From an archaeon (GTDB taxonomy: Archaea > Nanobdellota > Nanobdellia > SCGC-AAA011-G17 > GW2011-AR20), in assembly GCA_002688355.1 (NCBI GenBank), contig NZCT01000024.1:177762-224511 (forward strand): 46,750 nucleotides of DNA. The letters run 5' to 3'. Position numbers and translations under genes: made by a program. Under the pieces are notes generated by a model. It worked only from the letters and a program-made list of their open reading frames with translations. It ran no database searches and was not told the DNA's origin. Positions 39,354 to 46,750 of this stretch are shown here, piece after piece; positions within the stretch are counted from its first letter, which is position 1; each line of letters opens with the position of its first letter.

Positions 39354-39728
39354 ATGAGATTCTATAATCTAAAAGTAGAAAATCCTGAATCACATGGTGT
39401 AGCATTAAAAGTAGATAATACTCAAAATATAGAATCAAAGTTAAAAGATATGACAAAATGTTACAAAGTAGAAATTCATTCACATATCCAAGGATTCTCA
39501 ACATATGAAATTAGTAATAATAAAAATACAATAGCTCACTTAAGAATAAATCTAGAGGAAGAATTATACATTAAACAAAATATCATGGGCAAGGAATTAT
39601 TCCTAACAGAAATAACAGAAGAAGGAGCAAATAAACAAGCTGAAGGAGCAGCAAATTGGAGATTACTACAAGGTTATGTTGGACCAGATTTACCAACAAA
39701 ATCAAAATTAGAACCACATTTTTACTAA
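39354..39728 (+). CDS. Hypothetical protein
   Basis: 124-aa ORF filling the gap between convergent genes; no motif. Confidence 0.55.
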   Translation: MRFYNLKVENPESHGVALKVDNTQNIESKLKDMTKCYKVEIHSHIQGFSTYEISNNKNTIAHLRINLEEELYIKQNIMGKELFLTEITEEGANKQAEGAANWRLLQGYVGPDLPTKSKLEPHFY

Positions 39729-41725
39729 CTAAAAACTTCTAAATAACATTCTTTATTATTTTTAACTTCATAAAAACTTGAAATAAATTTTATAACATCC
39801 AAAGGGTTAATCTTTTTCTCTAATTTATTATCAAATTCAACTCTTAAATATTCTGGTTGCTCATACGAAGAAAAATCATTTAAACTAAAATTAAAACTCT
39901 CATTAACAGAAAACTTATTCCCTTCTCCCTTAACAAAATAACCTTTACTAACTAAAATATTTATAATATCATATATCTCAGAAAAATTAACTTGACTCTT
40001 AGAAAATATATCAGAAGCATTAAACTCTTTCATTTGTAAAGCTAAATTAAAAACTTTCTTCTGTTGTTCACTTAAATTAACCTCAAAAAATAACTTCTTT
40101 CCTTTACCATTTTCTATTTCCTTAATTATCTCTCCATTATTTAAATTAATCAAAACATTAAAATCTTTTAAATTAACAAATAAACAAGGAATTAAACTTG
40201 TCTTAACATCTTTCCTATCTTCCATTAGCATTAAATCTTTCTTACTAACTTTTTGTTTAATCAACAACATTAACTCTCCTTCATTCTTAAATTCTTCAAC
40301 TTTATCAGTAAAATTTTCATTTTCAACATTGCTTTCTTCTATTCTATTCTCAACACTCAAACCAACATCAATAGTTTCTCCGCCATGCTTTGTCCGTCGT
40401 GGTCTAACATTAACAAATAAGGGTAAATCCACAATGCCAGTAACTAACGCAGTTCCAATAGGTAAATTTCTAATCTCTTTTTCAATTTCAGGATTTATTC
40501 CATCAATAGAACTTGAAATACTTTTAACATCATTTGAATTAGTTACACGCAAAACAATACTTGTAGCACATTGACTTAAAACATTTTTCTCAACTCTAGA
40601 AACTCTTTGCGTTATAATCGTTAACCCAATTCCAAACTTCCTTCCTTCAGCTGCTATCTGTCTTAGAATAGGAGAACTTTTAGCCTCCCCCACATTACGT
40701 TCAGGAACAAAATTCTGAGCTTCTTCAATTACACAAAAAAAAGGAGCAACATTATTTTTCTTTCTAGCATCAAACAAATCATTCAATAATTTGTAAACAA
40801 CAACTTCTTGTAATTCTCTATTAACACCTTTTAAATTTATTATACTACATTTCCCAGGACTTATTAATTCCTGTAACGACGTAGGATTATCAGAAAAAAT
40901 TTCTAATTTCTTAATATATTCTAAAATATGAATTAAACTGTACTTAGCATTGTTCTCTTCTAATTCCAATTCTGAAATTAAACTATCAAAATCTACATTA
41001 CCACTTAAATTCTTAACAGCACTATACAACAATCCAACTTGAGTATTAGATAGTTTTGCAGGAAACAATTGTGCTATGTCTGTTGTACTTAAATTATAAT
41101 TACTTAACTTTAGTGGTTGACACTCAGGATTAACTTCAATATCCGGACTATACTCTTTAATTTTATTTCTATAATTTTTCTTATTAACATTAAATTTAAT
41201 CATCCTCTCTTTATCTTTCTCATTATTAAATTTTAAAGTAGAATATTCTCCATGAGGATCAATTATCAACATTGGTATACCACTTTCAATAATATCCTCA
41301 ATTAATACACCACTTGTATAACTCTTTCCAGAACCAGTTTTAGCTAAAATACTTAATTTATTTGTTAATAATTTATTCAAATCTAAATAAACATCAATAT
41401 CATCATATCCATCTAACTTCCCAATAAAAACCCCTTTACTATCTAATCCAATAATTTCTTTAATAAAATCACTATCAGCTTTCAAAACTTCTACACCAGG
41501 TTCTAACGGAGTTAGTAACCTCTTAAATTCTTTATTTTCCCTATAACCAATAATATTACAAAAAGCAATCTCTTCATTACTATCTTTTTCTATTTCTATA
41601 ATTTGTGCAAGAACATAATCTTCTCCATTTAAAACTTGAACATAATCAAATTTCCTAGCTTTTCCTTTAACCATAAAATTAAATTCCTTTGTACTAGTTC
41701 TTCCTGTAATATTTCCTAAGATCAT
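39725..41725 (-). CDS. HerA/FtsK-superfamily (DUF87) ATPase with N-terminal barrel and C-terminal winged-helix-like region
   Basis: AKTGSGKS Walker A, IDPHGEY, IEEAQNF Walker B, EGRKFG, TQR, SQC. Confidence 0.9.
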   Translation of the reverse strand: MILGNITGRTSTKEFNFMVKGKARKFDYVQVLNGEDYVLAQIIEIEKDSNEEIAFCNIIGYRENKEFKRLLTPLEPGVEVLKADSDFIKEIIGLDSKGVFIGKLDGYDDIDVYLDLNKLLTNKLSILAKTGSGKSYTSGVLIEDIIESGIPMLIIDPHGEYSTLKFNNEKDKERMIKFNVNKKNYRNKIKEYSPDIEVNPECQPLKLSNYNLSTTDIAQLFPAKLSNTQVGLLYSAVKNLSGNVDFDSLISELELEENNAKYSLIHILEYIKKLEIFSDNPTSLQELISPGKCSIINLKGVNRELQEVVVYKLLNDLFDARKKNNVAPFFCVIEEAQNFVPERNVGEAKSSPILRQIAAEGRKFGIGLTIITQRVSRVEKNVLSQCATSIVLRVTNSNDVKSISSSIDGINPEIEKEIRNLPIGTALVTGIVDLPLFVNVRPRRTKHGGETIDVGLSVENRIEESNVENENFTDKVEEFKNEGELMLLIKQKVSKKDLMLMEDRKDVKTSLIPCLFVNLKDFNVLINLNNGEIIKEIENGKGKKLFFEVNLSEQQKKVFNLALQMKEFNASDIFSKSQVNFSEIYDIINILVSKGYFVKGEGNKFSVNESFNFSLNDFSSYEQPEYLRVEFDNKLEKKINPLDVIKFISSFYEVKNNKECYLEVFS

Positions 41726-41781
41726 AAATGAAAGTTTTAGTAAGCTTTATTAAAGTTTTTTATCAAAGTATATACTACAAA

Positions 41782-42783
41782 ATGAGTAATATAGTAAACA
41801 TAACAAAAGAATCTGGAATTCCTTTACTTGGTTTAGGATTCATAGGAATAATCTGTAGAAACAATAATAATATGATACAAATTAGAACCACAACAGTTTG
41901 TAACATGAATTGTACCTTTTGTAGTACTGACGCTGGGCCATTCTCTAAATTCCATAAAACTAACTTCGTAGTTGATTTAGATTATCTATTAGAATATTTA
42001 CAAGAGCTAGCAAATTACTTTAACACAGATTTAAATGTTCATTTAGATTCAGTAGGTGAACCATTAGCATATCCTCAATTAGTAGAGTTAATAAAAGGTA
42101 TTAGAAAAATAAAAAACTACAAAGATATTTCTATAGTTACAAATGGAACTTTACTAAATAAGAAAAAAATACAAGATCTAGATAAAGCAGGATTAACAAG
42201 ACTAAATTTATCTTTCCATTCTATTAACGTTCTAAAATCAAAAGAATTATTTGGTTCAAAACATTACAATATAGATGCAGTAATAGAAAACATAAAAGAA
42301 TTACAAAAAACAAACATTGATTTTTATTTAGCTCCAGTTTTTATTCCCTCTATAAATGACAAGGACATAGAAGAAATAATAGAGTTTGGAAAAGAACAAA
42401 ACTGTAAAGTTCTATTACAAAAATTCGAACATTACAAACACGGTAGAAAAGTAAAAGCAAAAGAACAAAGTTATTCTGATTTCTACAAAACATTAAAAAA
42501 TCTAGAAAAGAAACATAAAACAAAATTAAGATATGATTATTCTAAATTAGAAACTAAAAAAGTAAAACCTTTACCAATTAAATTCAAAAAAAATGATAAA
42601 GTAAGTGTTGAAATAAAATCTCCAGGATGGTTCTCAAATCAATCTATTGGAGTAGCAGGAAATAGGGCCATAACGATTCTTAATCATAAAGCAGATGTAA
42701 AAGGAAATTTGAAAGTTAAAATAATAGAAGCTAAAAGTAATATTTATTTAGCAGAACCAGTAAAAAGAAGAATTAGATTCTAA
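41782..42783 (+). CDS. Archaeal radical SAM protein with C-terminal TRAM-like domain (COG2100-like)
   Basis: IPLLG...GII, CNMNCTFCSTDAG, GEP, TNG, RLNLS. Start moved from 41728 to the ATG at 41782 to leave room for promoters. Confidence 0.85.
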   Translation: MSNIVNITKESGIPLLGLGFIGIICRNNNNMIQIRTTTVCNMNCTFCSTDAGPFSKFHKTNFVVDLDYLLEYLQELANYFNTDLNVHLDSVGEPLAYPQLVELIKGIRKIKNYKDISIVTNGTLLNKKKIQDLDKAGLTRLNLSFHSINVLKSKELFGSKHYNIDAVIENIKELQKTNIDFYLAPVFIPSINDKDIEEIIEFGKEQNCKVLLQKFEHYKHGRKVKAKEQSYSDFYKTLKNLEKKHKTKLRYDYSKLETKKVKPLPIKFKKNDKVSVEIKSPGWFSNQSIGVAGNRAITILNHKADVKGNLKVKIIEAKSNIYLAEPVKRRIRF

Positions 42784-43182
42784 CTACTTATATCTTTCAT
42801 AAATGGCATTAAGATAAATTTTTATTTCATCTATCTCTTCACTAGATAAATTTTCAAAAGCATTGGGTAATCTAACATAAGATTCGTACAAGTCAATCAA
42901 TTTATTTTCATATTCATTAGTATTTTTTGGAATACCATTAATGCTAGTTGCTAAATTTTCAAGAGAGGATAAAGGTGTTCTACTATTAAAAAATAATTTC
43001 AAAGATTCTAATTGATCTAAAGGAAAACCTTGACTAGTGGATAATCTTCTAGATAAAGATGCGCTCGAAGTTCCAATATATTCTGCCAGTTCCTTCTGTT
43101 TAACCTTATAAAGATCCAATTGATCTTTTATTTTTCTACTTTCAGATCTTGTCAAAGTATGGTAATCGTTATTTTTGCTCAT
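42784..43182 (-). CDS. Xre/Cro-like HTH protein
   Basis: VKQKELAEYIGTSSASLSRRLS HTH. ATG at 43182 preferred because TTTATAAA lies about 25 nt upstream. Confidence 0.7.
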   Translation of the reverse strand: MSKNNDYHTLTRSESRKIKDQLDLYKVKQKELAEYIGTSSASLSRRLSTSQGFPLDQLESLKLFFNSRTPLSSLENLATSINGIPKNTNEYENKLIDLYESYVRLPNAFENLSSEEIDEIKIYLNAIYERYK

Positions 43183-43220
43183 GATAAAAAATCCAGATAA
43201 GCAATTTATAAAGATATAAC

Positions 43221-44525
43221 TCACTTAGGAATATCCTTTACAGCATCTTCAAAAAGATCCAAACCATAATCAGCTTGTTTTTTATTAATTATTAATGGTG
43301 GACACATTCTAATAACATTATTTCCACAACCTAATAAAACTAAACCTTTCTCACTAGCTTTACACAATATAGAATGTCTTTCTTTAATCCCATAGTTCTT
43401 ACTTCTTTTATCTTCAACAATCTCTACACCAATCATTAACCCCTTACCTCTAACATCACCAATAACGTCATATTGGTCTTTCATTTCATTTAATCTTTTC
43501 ATCATGTAATTTCCTATTTTTAGTGCGTTATCACCTAATTTATGTTTCCTCATATAATTTAATGTAGCCATTCCAGAAACACAAGCTAATAAATTCCCAC
43601 CAAATGTTGTACTATGCGAACCAGGAATCCAATCCATAGTTTTCTTATTAGCTAATGTTACCCCCAAAGGAATCCCTCCTCCAATAGCTTTACTCAAAGA
43701 AACAATATCAGCTTTAACATTATAATTCTCAATAGCTAAAAATTTACCAGTTCTATAACAACCAGCTTGAATTTCATCTGAAACTAACAAAACATCATAT
43801 TTATCACAAGCTTTTCTTAAACCTTTAACAAAACTTTTTGGAGGAACTACATAACCCCCTTCCCCAGAAATTGGTTCAAGAAATACAGCTGCTAGCTCTT
43901 TTTTTAATTTTTTAATACTCTTTTCCCAAGCATCCAAACAATGATTAGATAGATCTTCCTCATCTTCAAATTTACTCCTATAAAAATAAGGGTAAGGAAC
44001 ATGTTTAACTGGCAAAAAAGGGTTAAATCTTTCTCTTTGAACTTTCTTAGAATTTGTCATAGATAAACTTCCCATTGATCTACCATGAAAACAAATATCA
44101 GAAGCTATTAACCATTTCTTATTAGTATGCCACTTAGCTAATTTTAAAGCACATTCATTACTCTCAGTTCCAGAGTTACTCAAAAAAACATTATTCAAAT
44201 GTTTAGGAACAAATTTTAACAAATTCTCAATAAAATTAACAGGAATTTCAGCATAAAAATCTGGAAAAGCACAATGAAAACCATCTTTCATTTGTTTCTT
44301 AACAGCCTTTATCACTTCACTATTCGCATGACCAACAGAATTAACAGCAACTGAAGCAGCAAAATCTAAATATTTTCTTCCATCAACATCCCATAAGTGC
44401 ATTCCTTTACCTTTCTTAAATACAAAACTATACTCCCTATTGTAACTTGAACTAACTACTTTCCTATCTCGAAAAATTATATCAACACTCTTTTTTCCAG
44501 GTTTTTTACAAATGTACTTTGACAT
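43221..44525 (-). CDS. Class III PLP aminotransferase (ornithine/GABA/diamine omega-aminotransferase group)
   Basis: WDVDGRKYLDF, NSGTE, FHGRS, EPISGEGG, DEIQAG..RTG, SKAIGGG, TTFGGN. Confidence 0.93.
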   Translation of the reverse strand: MSKYICKKPGKKSVDIIFRDRKVVSSSYNREYSFVFKKGKGMHLWDVDGRKYLDFAASVAVNSVGHANSEVIKAVKKQMKDGFHCAFPDFYAEIPVNFIENLLKFVPKHLNNVFLSNSGTESNECALKLAKWHTNKKWLIASDICFHGRSMGSLSMTNSKKVQRERFNPFLPVKHVPYPYFYRSKFEDEEDLSNHCLDAWEKSIKKLKKELAAVFLEPISGEGGYVVPPKSFVKGLRKACDKYDVLLVSDEIQAGCYRTGKFLAIENYNVKADIVSLSKAIGGGIPLGVTLANKKTMDWIPGSHSTTFGGNLLACVSGMATLNYMRKHKLGDNALKIGNYMMKRLNEMKDQYDVIGDVRGKGLMIGVEIVEDKRSKNYGIKERHSILCKASEKGLVLLGCGNNVIRMCPPLIINKKQADYGLDLFEDAVKDIPK

Positions 44526-44629
44526 TATATCTTCATAGTCCTCTCTTTTCCACCTTTCTTATAAATTCTATATCTTCTCTTAGCTTTCTTATCGCCTTTA
44601 CTTTTTCTTCTTCCATCTGGATCATTCAT
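44525..44629 (-). CDS. 34-aa Lys/Arg-rich small ORF
   Basis: MNDPDGRRKSKGDKKAKRRYRIYKKGGKERTMKI; begins 1 nt after the ALDH stop and ends in a TAATG overlap with the aminotransferase start. Confidence 0.6.
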   Translation of the reverse strand: MNDPDGRRKSKGDKKAKRRYRIYKKGGKERTMKI

Positions 44630-44630
44630 T

Positions 44631-46091
44631 TTAATCAATCCCCTGCGCTTTTTGCATCTTATCTGAAAAATCAATATAAATAGTTTTCTCTTCAGTAAAT
44701 TCTAAGATTCCACTTGATCCTTCTCTAGTTCCATTACCAGTATCTTTAACACCACCAAAAGGTAAATGAACTTCAGCTCCAATAGTACTACTGTTCACAT
44801 AGATCAATCCACTTTCAATTTTCTCAATAGCTTTAAATGAATTATTTAAATTCTTAGTATAAATACTTGAACTCAATCCATATGAAATAGAATTACAAAC
44901 TTCAATAGCTTCATCTATATCTTCTATAGTTATTAAACAAACAACAGGGCCAAAAATTTCCTCTTGTGCAACTCTCATATTCTTCTTAACATTAGTAAAT
45001 ATAGTTGGTTGAAAAAAATTACCCTCTCTATTTCCTACTTTACCACCAATTAAAAGTTTAGCACCTTCATTTTTACCAACTTCAGTATACATTACACTTT
45101 TCTCAACAGCCTTTTCATTTATCAAAGGACCAACATCAATGTTTTTATCTAATCCATTACCTAGCTTTAATCTTCTAACTTTATTCAATAACAAATTCTC
45201 TAAAGCATTTTTAACTTTCTTATGAACTATAACTCTTGAACTTGCAGTACATCTTTGTCCTGTAGTTCCAAAGCCCCCCCAAATTATACCTTCTACCGCT
45301 AGCTCTAAATTAGCATCATCCATTACAATTATAGCATTTTTACCACCCAACTCTAAACCAACTTTCTTCAATCCCGCGTTACGTAAAATATGTTCCCCTG
45401 TATCCCTACTTCCTGTAAAAGATAAACATCTAACTTTCTTACTTTTAACTAAAGGATCTCCAACATCTTTACCACTTCCAGTAACAAAATTAACTACACC
45501 TTTAGGTACACCACTTTTTTCAATTATTTTTACTAATTCTAGTGCACTTAAAGGAGCATCTGAACTTGGTTTAAACACAACTGTATTTCCACCAACCAAA
45601 GCAGGAGCTAATTTCCAAGAAGGAATAGCAATAGGAAAGTTCCAAGGAGTTATTAAGCCACAAACACCAATTGGAATTCTAGTAGTCATACAAAATTTAT
45701 TCTTTAATTCACTCGGCGTAGTTATACCAAATAACCTTCTACCTTCCCCAGCCATATATTCAAAAATATCAATTGCTTCCTGTATATCTCCACGAGCCTC
45801 TTTATACACTTTACCCATCTCAGAAACCATTATTTTAGTTAGTCTTTCCTGATCATCTCTCAATAAGTTAGCAATTTCATATAAATATTCAGCTCTTTTA
45901 GGTGCAGGAGTTTCCCTCCATTCATTTAAAGAATTTTCCGCACTTTCAATAGCTTCACTAACATCATGTTCATCTGAATCTTGAAATACGCCAATAATTC
46001 TTTTATTAGCAGGATTTAAATTCTTAAACACTTTACCAGAACTACTCTTAACCCATTTACCATTAATATAATTCTTATACTCTTGCACCAA
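44631..46091 (-). CDS. NAD(P)-dependent aldehyde dehydrogenase
   Basis: ITPWNFP, FKP, FTGS, LELGGKN, GQRCTA, EEIFGPV, PFGG; AGGTGA SD before TTG. Confidence 0.96.
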   Translation of the reverse strand: MVQEYKNYINGKWVKSSSGKVFKNLNPANKRIIGVFQDSDEHDVSEAIESAENSLNEWRETPAPKRAEYLYEIANLLRDDQERLTKIMVSEMGKVYKEARGDIQEAIDIFEYMAGEGRRLFGITTPSELKNKFCMTTRIPIGVCGLITPWNFPIAIPSWKLAPALVGGNTVVFKPSSDAPLSALELVKIIEKSGVPKGVVNFVTGSGKDVGDPLVKSKKVRCLSFTGSRDTGEHILRNAGLKKVGLELGGKNAIIVMDDANLELAVEGIIWGGFGTTGQRCTASSRVIVHKKVKNALENLLLNKVRRLKLGNGLDKNIDVGPLINEKAVEKSVMYTEVGKNEGAKLLIGGKVGNREGNFFQPTIFTNVKKNMRVAQEEIFGPVVCLITIEDIDEAIEVCNSISYGLSSSIYTKNLNNSFKAIEKIESGLIYVNSSTIGAEVHLPFGGVKDTGNGTREGSSGILEFTEEKTIYIDFSDKMQKAQGID

Positions 46092-46262
46092 AATATCACC
46101 TTTTTTTACTTATAACTACAAATAGAACTTTTTAAATTTATTCTTTTATTTCATAAATATATATTTTCTAACCTATATTTTCCTTACAAATGTTGCATGT
46201 GCAAGACGCCCGCGCAGAGCTTATAAAGAAAACCATATTTACTATAATTGGAGGTAATAAAA

Positions 46263-46379
46263 ATGAAAATAAACTTTAAATCAAATCAAATCTTACATCT
46301 AAAATTAGGAGACATAAAGGTAAAATCTGAAAGTAGTTACTTCAAAGATTATCAACAGTTTCGAGGTATTACAACATGA
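46263..46379 (+). CDS. 38-aa small ORF A
   Basis: GGAGGT SD; MKINFKSNQILHLKLGDIKVKSESSYFKDYQQFRGITT; ATGA overlap with ORF B. Confidence 0.5.
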   Translation: MKINFKSNQILHLKLGDIKVKSESSYFKDYQQFRGITT

Positions 46380-46504
46380 CTCATATAAAATTAGATCAAT
46401 CTGAATTAAGAGAAAACTTAGGAACTATCTTAAGAAATCTAAAAACAGATGAATTTGAACAAAGAACATTTAATAGTAAAAGATTTTTGATTAAAAATTA
46501 TTAA
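46376..46504 (+). CDS. 42-aa small ORF B
   Basis: GAGGT SD; MTHIKLDQSELRENLGTILRNLKTDEFEQRTFNSKRFLIKNY. Confidence 0.5.
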   Translation: MTHIKLDQSELRENLGTILRNLKTDEFEQRTFNSKRFLIKNY

Positions 46505-46520
46505 AAAAGGAGGTAAAAAA

Positions 46521-46640
46521 ATGTTTTCAAGAGCCCAACTAAGAAGGTTAATGGAATCTGGTGATATTGATAATGTAGAATATGGACACATGCACCATTA
46601 TTATGATTCTAAAAGAAAAAGAAAAGAAGATTCTTTTTAA
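46521..46640 (+). CDS. 39-aa small ORF C
   Basis: AGGAGGT SD; MFSRAQLRRLMESGDIDNVEYGHMHHYYDSKRKRKEDSF; followed by a T-tract. Confidence 0.55.
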   Translation: MFSRAQLRRLMESGDIDNVEYGHMHHYYDSKRKRKEDSF

Positions 46641-46658
46641 TTTTTTATTTTATTTTTT
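46641..46658 (+). terminator. Oligo-T archaeal terminator-like tract
   Basis: TTTTTTATTTTATTTTTT directly after ORF C. Confidence 0.5.
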
Positions 46659-46750
46659 GCAAAGCATTTATACACATATCTCCTCAAATGGCTTTGCCTG
46701 ATAAGTAAACGAAAAGTAAGCTCTACCCGATAAGTCTTAATTCTGCCTGA

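Noticed and set aside
25134-40574. Tracked ORFs 25134-25352, 25983-26225, 27245-27451, 30914-31114, 31269-31565, 31572-31835, 33705-33887, 40329-40574
   Set aside because: All lie opposite confidently identified genes.
3779-46246. Intergenic 9-mer TTTACTATA/TATAGTAAA at 3779, 13879 and 46238
   Set aside because: AT-rich, picked post hoc, with inconsistent position relative to genes.
46698-46715. Hammerhead-like core CTGATAAG-TAAA-CGAAA
   Set aside because: G8 of CUGANGA is missing, stem II is a single pair and no convincing stems I/III are present.
1-46750. CRISPR array, IS/transposase, integrase, provirus or diversity-generating retroelement
   Set aside because: No regularly spaced repeats, recombinase or RT motifs, viral structural genes or TR/VR pair were found by eye.

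Overview
Very AT-rich (roughly one-quarter GC by eye), gene-dense archaeal chromosome segment using standard code 11. Gene content and style point to a DPANN archaeon, probably Woesearchaeales-like; this is inferred from PCNA, TFS, Rpo11, aMBF1, a short aRF1, Cbf5, eS19/eL39/eL31, Sec11 and a class III signal peptide. The core genes are interleaved with: (i) a C4-dicarboxylate/amine module (orphan SdhA/FrdA flavoprotein, fumarase/aspartase, malic enzyme, agmatinase, class III aminotransferase plus aldehyde dehydrogenase); (ii) a surface-glycan module; (iii) several single orphan genes. The ORF track misses a P-type ATPase at the left edge, rpl39e, a tRNA-Phe(GAA) with a non-canonical 25/26 BHB intron, a CDGSH Fe-S gene remnant and four small ORFs. 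Best leads: a 1.34-kb self-contained orphan gene flanked by a 29-bp duplication of the 3' end of the DUF59 gene, with no integrase in view; and an accessory block with an H-Y-E ADP-ribosyltransferase-like protein, a TrmB regulator and a Janus/Ocnus (PHP14 phosphohistidine phosphatase)-like protein. No CRISPR array, transposase, integrase or reverse transcriptase was seen. All family calls come from motifs read by eye; no searches were run.
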